Assembly: GCF_000143415.4 (NCBI RefSeq)
Contig: NW_003314262.1
Span: 2,468,603-2,532,602 of the forward strand
Direction: 5' to 3'
Origin: Selaginella moellendorffii
Taxonomy: Eukaryota; Plantae; Lycopodiophyta
DNA: 64,000 bases
Shown here: in pieces, positions 24,858-37,645 of the stretch
Layout of the letters: each line of letters begins with the position of its first letter
Position numbering within the stretch: the first letter of the stretch is position 1
The notes under the pieces: generated by a model
What the model saw: only the letters and a program-made list of their open reading frames with translations
Told to the model about the DNA's origin: nothing
Databases searched by the model: none
Position numbers and translations under genes: made by a program

Positions 24858-27800
24858 TTATAGTCTTTGCCAGAGATCATGGAGCTCCTTTAACTCGTTT
24901 GGCAAAGCGTGGATGGAGGACCTCAAAGCAATGCGGTACATGGTTTTGATCGTCTCCACGTCCAGTGCTCGAGCGCTCGACGCTTTGTCCTCTTTGATCA
25001 CAGCTCCCAGCAAGTTTTTCAGCAAAGTCTGGAGCTGGGCGATGAATTTTTCCAGAGTTTCGCCCGCTGGCCTCGATTCCACTGTCACTTCCAGCGCTCG
25101 CCGGCCTTCCAGCATGCACGCCATTCCTTGCTCCAGTATCAACAGCTGCGCAAAGAAACCTTCCATTAGAACACTAGAACTTCACGATCGAAGAAAAAGA
25201 ACTTTGTTATGCAAAAAGCAAAGTGGTAGTACCTGGTTTGCGCCGGAAAATGGTAGCACCAAGAAGCAAAGGTCGCATTCCACCAGGAGGATGTCGAGGA
25301 ACATCGTCGGATGCGAATGAGGCCGATAGTAGCCGAGAGCTTTTCGGAGATGGTGGTCCGCTAGCGAGGCGTGGAACTTGAGATTCGTGTCTTTGCTGTA
25401 GTCGGTCTTGAGCTTGGCGATCTGGAGGCAGTTCCGAAGGTGCGAGCCGATCTGGAAGTGCGTGAAGGCGGCCTCCTGCGCTCGAGGAATCGACTCGTAG
25501 AGCAGCAGAGCCTCGAGGATGTCCGACGTCGCAAACAGTGATTGCAGCTTGTAGCTCGTCAGCGAGTCGCCCGAGTTTAGAACCGCGGATGTCTGCTGAT
25601 CCACCGTGAAGAGTCCCAGCCTCAGGTACGTGTTGGCGAGCTGCGTCACAACGTTTTCCTCGAGTTCCTTCGAGCCGGATAAGTTGGCGGCTTCTCTCTT
25701 CGCAGCTCGGTAGCACTTCAAGGCCTTCAAGTAAAACTCCCTGGCCTCGCGAGCGACTCGTTCGCGTTTCTCCGGACTCAAATCACCCACGGACATCCAG
25801 GCAACCAGCTTCTCGGCAGCCGATCTTAGTGCGTGGCCAAGGTTGCAGTTGACGAGAAGTACGTTTGTCGAATCTCCAACTGTTTCGAACGCTCGGATGG
25901 CGGTGAGATAGGCCATCTCGGCGAGAGCAAGATCCTCGCTAGCCAGTATCAGACGTGCGAGCTCGTTGCAGGCCCAGCCTTTCTTCCGAACGGCTGCGTC
26001 CAGATCTCTAGAGGCTCCAGGAACGTCTGTTAGAGCGTATATCGCAGCATCGTAGCAGTCCACTGCCGCCACGAAGTTGAGCTTCAAGTCCTTGGTGAGA
26101 ACTCGTTGCAAGTGGAAGCAGACGTGATTCTTGCAAACTTGCTTGTAACTGTAGTCTGCTTGAGTCTTCAATTCTTCCTCCACTGTCCCATCTTTCGCCT
26201 CATAAACAGTTGCCACCGCTTTTCCTGACTTCTTGTGCTTTGTCCGCTGCCTCGAGGAATTTTTCTCGCTGTAATCACTGCTACTCGTTGCACTGCTCCC
26301 ACTGCTTATTCTATCCATATGGCAGCTACAGTCACTAGCACTACAGACTCCACATCCCGGCTTTTGTCCGGACTTCTTCCTGAGGCGTTTAACTTCTCGC
26401 ACTATCTCCTCAGCCATTTGTAGCTCCTCGCCACCTTTCATTCCCTTGCGTGGAAGGCTATTTTCACCGAGAACCATGAGGTTTTTGATGTAGACGTCGC
26501 CTATCAACCGCCACACCTGGCCCCAAAAGAGTCCTTTCTGGAGGTCATTCTGCTGAGTTCCCGATTTACGAGGTAGGAACTTCTTCTTTGAGCTGCTTGC
26601 CGGCAAACAGTACTGGCAGCCATACGGACTAGGCAGGTTTTCCAGCTTCAGCACTGACGCATAAACGGAACAGGCGAGCTGAGCAGCTTTCACTGTCCGA
26701 ACCAGGTCTCCTTTCTCGCTGTAAGCCTCCCCCAGAGCAAGATAAGACTCTCCCAGCATCAAGATGAGCTCCCTGAGCTTCTGGTCCATCAAAACACCGA
26801 ACTCGCTGCTTCCAATGTCGTAGAAGCTGATACAGTCTATATCCCCGCAAAGGCACAGAGGGAACTGCTTGATATCCGTCACCCTCAACTTTTCCTTGTC
26901 AATGTCTTGAAGCTGCCTCTGGGACCGTAGAGATAGTATGGCTTCAGAGACGTGATGAACAGCGGCCAGGCGCGGAGAGACAGGATCGACTTCGGCATCC
27001 ATAACTTGTACAGGAGAGTCGTAAAGAGTCAGCTCTTTCTCCGAAACTTCTGTCTCGCCTGATGTCGTAGATAATTCCTCGATGCAAACGCTTTTCCCGT
27101 CAAGGTCCGGATCAACTATTTCTTCGTGATCGTAGGCTTCTAAAAGCAGAACAGGCTTCGCTGAAGAGTCATGCTCCTTGCAACAGTTTAGAATTAATCT
27201 GGCAACTTGCTCATGCGCGATTGCTCTGATTATCTAAACAAAACAAACTCAGACTTAGTGCCAGAGCTCAAAAAATTAACGAATAGCAACTTACCAGATG
27301 CTCTTCGTTGTCTAAGAACTCTAGACATTTCCGAAACAATTTAGCACATTTGCAAATGTCGCTTGACTCCTGAATAAACACAAACTTTCAATTAAGAAAA
27401 AGTCCCCTTACTTCAAAACATACCTGAGAACGTGATAAGCTGTAAGCAATGCGGTACAAAAGCATTGCCAGAGGCAACGTATAACAGTTACCATTAGCAT
27501 TCCGCGAAGGTAGTGTGCTGTGGCTGTCAACTTTCTTGCAGCTCTTAGATATATCTGATAGATCATACAGCTGCAACACGTCCTCGCCATGATTCTTACA
27601 CAGCTACAAAATTAGTGAAGTATTAGTACATGACACTCCGGATTGATAGCTTACCCAGTAGGTCCCAGGGTCATGCTTGCAATTTTCTTGAAGAAACCTC
27701 AGGACTGAAATGGCATTCTGTTGCACAATATGTGGCTGAAAAAAGACTGTCCCGTCTTCCGCAAGGCCCTTTAAGCAGAAAATGTCGTCGGTCTTTAGAA

Positions 27801-29133
27801 GCTCATATCCCTGAACGACGCCATTGTGATGGTAGCAAATAGCCAGCTCGGGAACACTGGCCATTACATTATCTAACCAGGCATCGAGCCACATCAGAGG
27901 CGTAACCTGCATAAAAGAGGCTGTCAGCAACGGCCTCGCACACAAACCATCTTCTTTTTACCTGTCGTTTAATCTCCATGAGGTGCAAACTTACAGCGAC
28001 ATGCTTCTCGTTGCTGAAAACCAGTAGATCGCTTCCTAGAAGCATTCGCAAGTTCTGAAACTGCCAGTAAAGGACCCGCAAAAAATCGTCGGATGTCTTC
28101 TTTTGCCTCACTCCATCTTCTTCAATGTACTCCGCATCATCATCCTCGTCATCATCATCCCCCAGCTCAACTTCAGCCTGCCTTCCACGCGAGAGCTTCC
28201 CGTCATGCTGGACCGGCAGTCTCATAGTAGCGCACAGGTTTCCCTCGCAGCCTTCTTCGTCTATAGTTTCCTGCCATGGGCTGAACAAGGACTCCGTCGA
28301 ACTGTTCGTCTCTTTGGTTGATTCCGACGGCGGGGGCGATCTCGACTGCATGGAATGGTGGACAAATCTCGAGTATAGCAGCTTCTCACCCAGCTTGACA
28401 GCTTTTTTGTGACGAACAAGCGTTTCTCTGTCTTCATCCGGCCTGCATTCAAACGTAAGCACGCAAAGAAACTCGAATTAAAGCAAAGACAAAAGTTGAC
28501 ACACCCACTGTTCAGTATGAGAGTCCTCCCAATCCTATGAACCGCGACTGACACCCGAGCTTTCGAGTATGGAGTCTTGAAGATCTGCTTCAGTATGTCA
28601 ACGGGAGCAATCACGTCGATCCCGTCCCCGTGGCCGGAGAGGGCACTCGCAGCTAAAGCATCGCATTTTTGAGTGACTGTTTTGCTGGTTGTTTCACATA
28701 TGTCTGAAAGAGAAAAAACTAAAAACTAAAGAACAATCCAAACGATTAGCTCTTACTTCCGGATGATTCGTTAACAGCAGCGAGAGCTTTGCTGCTCAGA
28801 GGCGCATTGAGATCAGTCTCCGCTGGAAGTAGCTTGTAGTGAGGCGCAATCACCCTGGATGAATGCAAGACAAGCAATTTATTGAGCAATCGCAAGATCG
28901 TCACTCAAAATCACATCGATCGCAAGAATTCACCTCTTGTGATAGACGACTGCTGTAGAGGAAAATGCCTTGGGCGGGCTCGCCGTCGGCACGGGCAAGC
29001 TCCCGCATATGAAGCTCAGCCCCGCAGCCTGAGAATCATCGCCGCTGTGATTGAGCGTCCTCTGGACTTGCATCGATCCCACGCATTGCAGCTCCTGCGG
29101 CTTGTCGTGGAATGCCACGACCTGTGCTTCCAT
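24858..29133 (-). CDS. EDRF1: Erythroid differentiation-related factor 1 (EDRF1)-like protein
   Basis: LKQIFKTPYSKARVSVAVHRIG, WQFQNLRMLLGSDLLVFSN, WLDAWLDNVMASVPELAICYH..GVVQGYELLKT, TPR-like C-terminal region. Confidence 0.85.
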
Positions 29134-29215
29134 CGCTCATCCAAGAACCCTAAAACCACAGAAAATGAAAACCCTAAAACCACCAAAAAGAAAAAGATAA
29201 TTAAAGTAGAAATTG

Positions 29216-29289
29216 CGACCACGGTGGGATTCGAACCCACGACCTTCAGATCCGAAGTCTGACGCGCTAATCCACTGCGCTACGCGGCC
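29216..29289 (-). tRNA. tRNA-Arg(UCG)
   Basis: GGCCGCG acceptor stem, anticodon arm TCAGA-CT-TCG-GA-TCTGA, T arm GGTTCGAATCC, T-run terminator ~20 nt downstream. Confidence 0.95.
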
Positions 29290-29426
29290 ATGTTATGTTT
29301 CCAATCACATTGCACAATCTACACAAATATCACAGCACATGATAGAAAAAAAAAACGTGGAAAGATTTTTCTTCCAACTTTTGTCACAATAATGCGGCCA
29401 GTCACTGTCAAAAATTAAGTGCTATG

Positions 29427-30866
29427 CTAATCCTGATTATTATCGTCATTATCACTGTCGCCGTCGCTGCCGCTGCTACAGAGGATGGAATCGTCCTCCT
29501 CGTCTTCGCTGTCGTTGAGATCGTCGCCCTGCGACACCTTGTCCGCTAGGGTTTTCACCACATTCTCCAGCGCCGCGGTGTGATCCTGGCCATGACGGAG
29601 TAGCGTCTCGACGGCGGAGGCCGGGGTCATCTTCACGCTCGCGATCAGGCCTTCGATCGCCGGGTAGAGCTCGTGATCCTCGATCTTGAGATAGGTCGCC
29701 GCGAGCGATCGAAATGCCGCGAACGAGCAGTAGCTCATGTGGATGTGCATGTCCATTCTCCCCGGCCGCAGGAGCGCAGCGTCCAATCGCTTCACGAAAT
29801 TCGTGGTGAAGACGAAGATCCGCTCGCTGCCGCACGAGGACCACAATCCATCCGTGAAATTCAGCAATCCCGAGAGTGTCACGCCCTGATCCTCTGGATC
29901 TAGCGCCCTCTCTCTCCTCCTCCTCCTCCTCTTTTGGATCTTGGAGATATTTCCTTCGTCCTCCTTGTCCTTGTTCTTCTTCTTCTTCTTGTTCCTGCGA
30001 CGATTCTCGATTGGAATGGAGCAATCGATGTCCTCCACCACGACAATCGCGCGATCCTTGACGTGAATCAGCAGCTGCCGGAGCTCCTGGTTGCTGCGGA
30101 CCTTGGTGAGCTCCAGATCGTAGACGTCATAGCCAGTGAAGTTCGACATGGCTCCAATCAGGCTGGATTTCCCGGTTCCAGGGGGGCCGTAGAGCAAATA
30201 CCCCCTCTTCCACGCTCGCCCCACTCCAGCATAGAAATCCTTGCCTTTCATGAATCTCGTGAGATCCTCCATGAGCAGCGCTTTGTAATCCGGATCCATG
30301 GCGATCGTGTCGAATGTGGGGGGCGGATTGAAAGGGATGGACTCCCACGACTCGTAGATGTTCGTGTGGAGCTCCTTCTCGCAGCCCAGTTTCTCGATCT
30401 CCCTGCCCCTTTCCATGACGAACGCAAGGTAATCGGGCACTAGATCTCGATCGGCTTTGGGGACTGTTAGATGGAGGAATCGCTGCTCCTCCCTGCGATA
30501 CATTTGCTCGCTCACGATCGTCTGGAGCTCCCACACTATCCTGGCGCCCCGGAATTCGTCGAAGACCTGCTGGCCAGTGGCGATGGTGAATGTGAGCTTC
30601 TTGGCGTTTCTAGGGCACTCGGCGGTGAGCGCGTCGGCCCTGTTCTTGAGGCTGGACGAGTAGAGGGCGGCGTAGGTGTAGAGATCGTTGCTTCCGGCGC
30701 CGCTGCGATCGCTGATTGTAATGCTGTGGTAGAGTGACCAGCGGTGGAGGATCTTGCGGCGGAGATCCTCGAGGAAGCGATAGAAATCGGGGGGGACTAG
30801 GGTTTTGAGGGCGGCGGCGACGCCCACCACCGACCAGAAGAATGCGATGAGCATCGAGTACTCCAT
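29427..30866 (-). CDS. BCS1-like (AATP1/ASD-type) AAA+ ATPase
   Basis: N-terminal TM helix, GRAWKRGYLLYGPPGTGKSS, VVEDIDC, VTLSGLLNFTDGLWS, LLRPGRMD; intronless. Confidence 0.93.
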   Translation of the reverse strand: MEYSMLIAFFWSVVGVAAALKTLVPPDFYRFLEDLRRKILHRWSLYHSITISDRSGAGSNDLYTYAALYSSSLKNRADALTAECPRNAKKLTFTIATGQQVFDEFRGARIVWELQTIVSEQMYRREEQRFLHLTVPKADRDLVPDYLAFVMERGREIEKLGCEKELHTNIYESWESIPFNPPPTFDTIAMDPDYKALLMEDLTRFMKGKDFYAGVGRAWKRGYLLYGPPGTGKSSLIGAMSNFTGYDVYDLELTKVRSNQELRQLLIHVKDRAIVVVEDIDCSIPIENRRRNKKKKKNKDKEDEGNISKIQKRRRRRRERALDPEDQGVTLSGLLNFTDGLWSSCGSERIFVFTTNFVKRLDAALLRPGRMDMHIHMSYCSFAAFRSLAATYLKIEDHELYPAIEGLIASVKMTPASAVETLLRHGQDHTAALENVVKTLADKVSQGDDLNDSEDEEDDSILCSSGSDGDSDNDDNNQD

Positions 30867-31343
30867 GGATCTCTCTCTCGCTCTCCAAATATGACGAGTG
30901 GATTGGAAGAGGGAGAAGAAATCTATCACTCGGCTTGACCTCGGCGATCGCCCAATTCCAGTGGTGGATGGTTTGGAGTGGAGTGGAGAGCGCACTTTTA
31001 TAGGGAAAAGAAGCTTGGACAGCACACAAATGGAACGTCCAACGAATCTTCGTCCTCTTCACTGTTTACTTGTCAAACAAAGTAAACTTTCTCTCGCGTC
31101 GCCGAATATTTCCGGGCTTGCTTTCCTTATTATGTTAATTTCATCTTCGCATAGGGATCAAACTCAGATATTCGTACCTCATGTTTTGTAGCTCGTAGGC
31201 AGTGCTGATTGGGGACATCGAGCCAGTGTAGTGATCGACGAACAGAATCGTTCCAGTGGCGGACAAATGCTACAAAATGCTCGATTAGGTAGGCGTGTGG
31301 ATCTCAAGAGAATCATAAATCAGTTTAAGAAACAAAACTTTGA

Positions 31344-33077
31344 TCACAGCGTCAGCTCCATTGCGTTCTCAACGATTTTGGCGAATGTATCCAGGAACGA
31401 TGCCAAGTCCGCGCCATAGAGAATCCGATGATCCGCAGTCACATTCACCTGACAATTCCATCACATAAGTTTCATGAGCAAAAGATTCCTTGACGTTTTC
31501 ATACCTGCATCTGGTTCTTAACACTAAACACGCGACCCTCGCTTGCCACAACAGTTGGTTTGGCTGCACCAACAGCCATAATCGCGCCCTGTGGAGACAA
31601 GAAATTTAACAAGCTCACTGAAAACTCGACAAAACCCATGCTTACTTGGCCAGGTGGAAGTATAGCGTCAAATCGATCCACGCCAAACATCCCCAGGTTT
31701 GATATTGTAAAAGTTCCTGTAATTGGTTGTCAAAGCGTATTGTGCAATGCTTAAACACACTAGAATTTGCTGAAACCTGTGGTGTACTCCTGGGGTTGCA
31801 GCTGTTTGGCACGAGCCTTGTCCACAAGCTCCTTCCACTTTCGAGCAAGGGTGTAGACATCAGCCTATTATACAACAGTGCCATCAGAGAAAACAGCGAA
31901 CGCAAAACTCAAATCTGATCTGGGAAAGAGGAGTTTACCTTGTCCGCATTCTGGAGCACTGGAGTTATAAGGCCTCCATGAATAGCCACGGCAACAGCGA
32001 TGTTGATGTTGCTGTTGTGACAGAAACTCTTGCCTTCCTTGCAACTTGCGTTTACGACAGGATGCCGGGCAAGCGCCAAAGCTGCTGCTTTTGCCAAAAG
32101 AACTGACATGGTGACCCCCTTGGATTTTATCTGCAGCAAAAATCCTCAAAAGCTAGCAAAAGAAGTAACAAAGTTACGTTACAAACCTTTCTGTAGAGAG
32201 CATCAATCCCAGTTGTCGAGATGGAACACCCGACCCGGAAAGTTGGCACGGACAAACTCTCCACCATGTTTTTGGACACTGCTGCCTGCATGCCAGTGAA
32301 AGGCACGGTGGAATCCGTTCGAGGAGGAGCTTCAGCTTTTCCCGAAGATGGAGATGGATCTGCCACTAGAGCTCCATCCTCCTGCTGCTTTGGCGATGCA
32401 AGGATGCTTGCTCCCACACCTTGCAAGCTCAGCACACTGCCCAGGCTCGTCAATGGCTTTCCAGCAAATACCTCGACGTCAGCTGGGACGATCCGTCCAT
32501 GCGGCCCAGTTCCGGAGATCTTGGAGAGGTCGGCCTTGTATTGTTTGGCCAACTTCTTTGCATGAGGAGTTGCGACGAGAGATTTCTCCTCCGCCACCAC
32601 CTCTGGAAGCGCGTCGGGAAATTCGACTTTAGGAGCTTCCACAGCTGGCGCTGGAGATGACAATCCAATCGATTTGCTCCTCGCCTCGGCAATATCCTCC
32701 TCGTTCTCTGCGAGCAACGCGATCAACTCGTTGATCGCCGCAGAACTGCCACTTTCCACCACAATGCGAGCCAAATATCCATCGTAGAACACTTCCACAT
32801 CCATGTCCGCCTTGTCCGACTCCACAACCGCGACGATATCCCCTTTCTTGACCTTGTCGCCTTCGGCCTTCGTCCACTCGACGACCTTGCCCTCGGTCAT
32901 GGTGGCGCTGAGCTTCGGCATGAGGATCTCGCGGATCTTCGCCGCCGCCACGACCAGCGATCCCCTCCTCCCGCCAATCGAACCCTTGGAAGAGGGAAAA
33001 ATAGCGATCCATCCCTTGGACGAAGAAAGATTGCCTCCTGGGCTTTGGATCAACATTGATGGATCCGAAATCATCAT
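31344..33077 (-). CDS. LTA2: Plastid pyruvate dehydrogenase E2, dihydrolipoamide acetyltransferase
   Basis: Transit peptide, lipoyl domain VESDKADMDVE, E3-binding ATPHAKKLA..GTGPHGRI, catalytic DHRILYGADLA. Confidence 0.9.
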
Positions 33078-33272
33078 CGCCACCCGAGAAACACTAGGGG
33101 AAATTTAGGGCCACCATTACATGCATGTCATCGTCCAAAAGAATGCAGCAATTCCAGCGTTGAAAAAGGGTACACAAAATTTTTTAAGTGAAATAAAAGG
33201 TTTCGCTGCGGCAGAAGCAGCTCACCATCGAAGGCACCAAGCGCAGGATATGACGTTCTAGATCCACACCGC

Positions 33273-33410
33273 ATCCAGATTGATGGCGATCATCCCTGGG
33301 CAAAAGTCGAAGTTGTTTTCCAGAGTCATCCAAGAACACTGAAAACTCCGATGGCGTAGAGATTGAGGTGGAAGATCCGGGGATCACGGGCTTGATCTCG
33401 CGATCTGATC
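33273..33410 (-). pseudogene. Collapsed SAM synthetase relic
   Basis: Ordered blocks DQIA, IKPVIP, IFHLN, YAIGV, SVFLD and NNFDFCPGMIAINLD match the SAMS at 35286-36467. Confidence 0.8.
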
Positions 33411-33449
33411 AATCCTGCTCCACAATGCAGCGCAGTAAACTTTGTCCCT

Positions 33450-34332
33450 ATCATGATTATCGCCATAGTCCTCATCATTATTATCGTCATAGTCCTCATC
33501 GTAATCGTCCTCCTCGTCATCGCTATCATCGAGATAGTCGTCTCGCAACACCTTATCCGCCTAAGGTTTTCACCACATTCTCTAGCGCGGCGGTGGGATC
33601 CTCGCCATGCCGGACCAGCGCCTCCACGGCGGAGGCGGGGGTTATCTTCATGCTCTCGAGGAGGCATTCGATCGCCGGGTAGAGCTCGTGATCCTCGATC
33701 TTGAGATAGGTCGCCGCCAGCGATCGAAACGCCGCGAACGAGCATTGTCCTCCACTTTCGGACCTGGGCATTGTCTTCTTCGCGATTCTCGATTGGAATG
33801 GAGCAATCGATGTCATCCACCACGACAATCGCGCGCTCCTTGATGTGAATCAGCAGCTGCCAGAGATTCTGGTTGTTTTGGACCTTGGTGAGCTCCAGAT
33901 CATAGACGTCATAGCCAGTGAAATTCGACATGGCTCCAATCAGGCTGGATTTCCCGGTTCCAGGGGGGCCGTAGAGCAAATACCCCCTCTTCCATGCTCG
34001 TCCCACCGAGGCATAGAAATCCTTGCCTTTCGTGAATTTCGCGAGATCGCCCATGAGCAGCGCTTTGTAATCCGGATCCATGCCAATTGTGTCGAATGTG
34101 GCTGGCGGATTGAGAGGAATGGACTCCCACCAGTCATAGATGTTCCTTGTCGCAGCTGGATTTCTCGATCTCTCTGGGTAATCGTAATGGTGTGGTAGAG
34201 TGACCAGCGGGTGATGATCTTGCGCTGGAGATGCTCGAAGAAGAGATAGAAATCGGGAGGAATTAGGAATTTGAAGAAGGCTGCGACGCCCACCACCGAC
34301 CAGAAGAAGGCGATGAGCATCGAGTACTCCAT
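33450..34332 (-). pseudogene. Pseudogene duplicate of the BCS1-like AAA ATPase
   Basis: Same start MEYSMLIAFFWSVVGVAA as 30866; N-domain deletion with frameshift; loss of the VTLSGLLN..RPGRMD segment; upstream elements also duplicated (ggcgatcgcccaattcca). Confidence 0.9.
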
Positions 34333-34669
34333 GGATGTCGCTCTATCACGATGTGATTAAAGGGAGAAGAGATCTTGTTTCGTTGCAGGAAGATTGAGAA
34401 TAGAAATACTGGCGATCGCCCAATTCCATCATGGCATTCGGGTCGATCAATTGGAATGGAGGCATCAGAGCAATCTTATAGGTGAAGAAGCTTGGAGCAC
34501 ACAAAAAGGATCTCGTCGTTTACTCTGGCTGGAATAAAGTGAATGTCCTGTTGAGTTTCCTCGCGGACTATTTCAAGATTCGCGCCCGAGGCAAGTTTCG
34601 TGTTTCTGGTTTGTTTTAGAATCCCGCCTCCTCAATTTTCAAATTTTAGCGTAAATGTAACAAATGATT

Positions 34670-34872
34670 AAGAATATGTTTGAATATTCTTGTATATTCT
34701 TGATATTTATTTAGATTAATTTTGTGTTTATAAATTTTAAACACCTAGAAGTATATTTTAATTTATTCTACCATCTAACGGTTGATATGCAATAAGATTA
34801 ATCTCGTGTTTATAAATTATAAACATTATGAAAATTCTTAAACACCAAAAACATTTAATAAATATGCAAACT
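34670..34872 (+). mobile_element. Internal/3' fragment of the Helitron2-like element (opposite orientation)
   Basis: Reverse complement of 2800-3050, e.g. ggttgatatgcaataagattaat vs attaatcttattgcatatcaacc. Confidence 0.65.
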
Positions 34873-35285
34873 CAGGTTATTTCTTTTTTTTTTAAAGCTC
34901 TTTAGTTAATCATTATATCAGTGGCAAGATTGGATACTTTTAAAGCAACAATACAAGCCCATCAGAGCTTCTCAGGTAAGTAAGAAAAAAGAAGAAAAGC
35001 TACACTATTTATTTGATAGTATTTTGTACTTCCTCAGGCTTGTGAGGATCGTGGAATTGCAGTCAAGGATTCCGGGCACACGATCGCAATCAAACACGAT
35101 CGTAATCAAACATGGTGTTTGATTTCTCATCCAACATGACTCTGATGTGGCACCACGATTACAGCGCCATCGTGGCCGTCCAAAGAAATGCACGCAAAAA
35201 AAAAAAGCAATTCCAGCGGTCGTGATTCATTCACCTTTAGCGAGGTAATACAAACAAAAAGAAGAATTTCACCTCCCTTGCCTTC

Positions 35286-36467
35286 TCAAGCAGCAGTCTT
35301 CTCGGACTTGAGAGGCTTGACCGTCTCCCAAGTAAAATCCGGATCGTCGCGACCAAAATGCCCGTACGCAGCGGTCTTGAGGTAGCGCTTGTTCGATCCG
35401 CGCTTCAAATCCAGATGGATGGCAATCATCCCCGGGCGGAAGTCGAAGTTGTTTTTGATGATCTCCAGTATCTCCGCGTCGGGGATCTTCCCAGTCCCGT
35501 AGCTATCCACGAACACCGACAGCGGCTCTGGGACTCCAATCGCGTAAGAAACCTGGACGATGCATCGGCGAGCCAGCCCCGCCGCCACCACGCTCTTGGC
35601 AGCTTGCCTCACGATATAAGCTCCGCTCCGATCCACCTTGGTCGGATCCTTCCCAGAGAAAGCTCCGCCGCCGTGAGCTCCCCAGCCGCCGTAGGTGTCG
35701 ATGATGATCTTCCTGCCAGTGAGCCCCGCATCGCCGTGAGGACCCCCGATGACGAACCTCCCGGACGGGTTGAGGTGGAAGATGGTGTTCTCGTCGAGAT
35801 ACTGCTCGGGGATCACGGGCTTGATCACAAACTCCCGCAAGTCGGCGGCGATCTGATCGTTGGTGACGGTCTCGTCGTGCTGGGTGGAGATGAGCACGGT
35901 GTGGACGCGGATGGGGACCATAGCGCCACCTTCGTTGCGATACTCTACGGTGACTTGGGTCTTTCCATCCGGCCTCAGCCAGCTGCAAGTCCCATTCTTG
36001 CGGACCTCGGTGAGCTTAGCGCCGAGCTTGGTCGCGAGGACGTGACTTAGCGGCATCAGCTCCTCGGTCTCGTCGGTGGCGTAGCCAAACATGTGTCCCT
36101 GGTCGCCAGCGCCGATCTCTTCGGGCTTCTTCGTGCCGAGGCCGTGGACTCCCTGGGCGATGTCGGGGGACTGCTGCTCGATGTTGACGAGAACCTTGCA
36201 GTGATCCGCGTCGAGGCCCACGGAGTCGGAGGTGAATCCAATCTCCCGGCAGGTGTCGCGGACGATCTTCTCGTAGTCGACGTTGGCCTTGGTGGTGATC
36301 TCGCCAAACACCATCACCATGTTGGTCTTGGTGCACGTCTCGCAGGCCACCTTGCTGTCGGGGTCTTGCGCCAGGCAGGCGTCCAGCACGGCGTCGGAGA
36401 TCTGGTCGCAGAGCTTGTCTGGATGGCCCTCGTTCACCGACTCGGATGTGAACAAGAAGCTCTCCAT
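35286..36467 (-). CDS. SAMS: S-adenosylmethionine synthetase
   Basis: [30 protein letters not shown]; intronless CDS with a likely 5'UTR intron (~36483-36674) and TATA at ~36796. Confidence 0.98.
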   Translation of the reverse strand: MESFLFTSESVNEGHPDKLCDQISDAVLDACLAQDPDSKVACETCTKTNMVMVFGEITTKANVDYEKIVRDTCREIGFTSDSVGLDADHCKVLVNIEQQSPDIAQGVHGLGTKKPEEIGAGDQGHMFGYATDETEELMPLSHVLATKLGAKLTEVRKNGTCSWLRPDGKTQVTVEYRNEGGAMVPIRVHTVLISTQHDETVTNDQIAADLREFVIKPVIPEQYLDENTIFHLNPSGRFVIGGPHGDAGLTGRKIIIDTYGGWGAHGGGAFSGKDPTKVDRSGAYIVRQAAKSVVAAGLARRCIVQVSYAIGVPEPLSVFVDSYGTGKIPDAEILEIIKNNFDFRPGMIAIHLDLKRGSNKRYLKTAAYGHFGRDDPDFTWETVKPLKSEKTAA

Positions 36468-37645
36468 TGCGCCGCTCGTGCCTGGAATCGAAATGCGGGG
36501 AGATTTAGCTCGAGAATCCGACGATTTGGCTACCTACGAGCATGGAGCTCACAAATCTAGCAAGAAATTCACAGATCTAGGCACAAGGACACCAGGGCAG
36601 CCACATTTCGGCAGATTTGTGGCTGGAATCGTCGAATCTGGCAGCAAACCCTGGGATTCGTTCAAGAAATCTCACCTGAGTGACCGGCGCCTGCCTGGGG
36701 AAGAGATTAGAGCGCGCCCGGAGGAACGAGAGGGCGAGAGTGGGCTGCTCCAAATATGGGGGAAGCACGGAAAACCTAGAGAGAGGAGCAAGCCGTATAT
36801 ATGTGGGAAGCATGGTAAATACATTGCACCTGGTAAGATTTACTGTGGATTCCCGGGATATGCGATTCGTACCGTGGATCGAACGTGACTTCGTGTTTGC
36901 GCCGACAATTTGGACAGTCTGGACCATGCTGGCCGTCAGATGTCTCCTGCGCTGGGTTATAGATTAATTGTTTTGCAATATTTGTTACTGTTTACAACCA
37001 TAAAATAATATCTTGAACTTTGCACCTTTTCCTAATGACTTTTTATTATAGTGCATCTACCACAGGTTTTAAATTTTCTAAAGATAAAGGTCGACCTATA
37101 CATAATGTATATAATATATTCTATGTTGTCCCCAAAGGAACACAAAAACCATGTGTGAATGTTTTGTTTGCGATTTTTGCGAACCATGGGTATAATCAAA
37201 TCTGAAACGACTGAAAAACGCAACCTCCCGAAACTAGTTCGAACAAGAGTTAATCTTGACCCTGTTATGTACAAGAGCAGCACACGAAATTCCAGAAATG
37301 GACATTGAGATTTGCCTCTTGCATGATCCAGCTTAAAACCAGCCGCTTGTTCTTTTGACTTACCAGGGTGTGATGATCTTCTGGAATCTACCTTTCCATC
37401 TCCACTTGCTTCTCTGCTGTTGTCACTAGCCGAGCCACAAAACAGGCACAGCGTCCTTGATCTTGTGGTTGCGCCTTGTTTGCACGAATCGCAACGCGTC
37501 CATAGCAGAGAAGCGAGCAGAGATGGAGAAGCAGCTCCAGATAAACGCTAAAGAACAGCGTAAACCCTACAAATGCCGAATACTCGTTTAGGACAGCTAA
37601 GTGTAAATTTCAGGCTCTTTTATATACAATTGAATGTTTCAGCAT

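Noticed and set aside
35358-36888. Long antisense or alternate-frame ORFs over SAMS (similarly over PUB, AAA, oleosin and PRP43)
   Set aside because: Expected shadows of high-GC3 codon usage, with no independent motifs
37360-37510. B-box-like CDSC...LCLFC on the minus strand
   Set aside because: Ligand spacing is incomplete and there is no in-frame start or supporting exons
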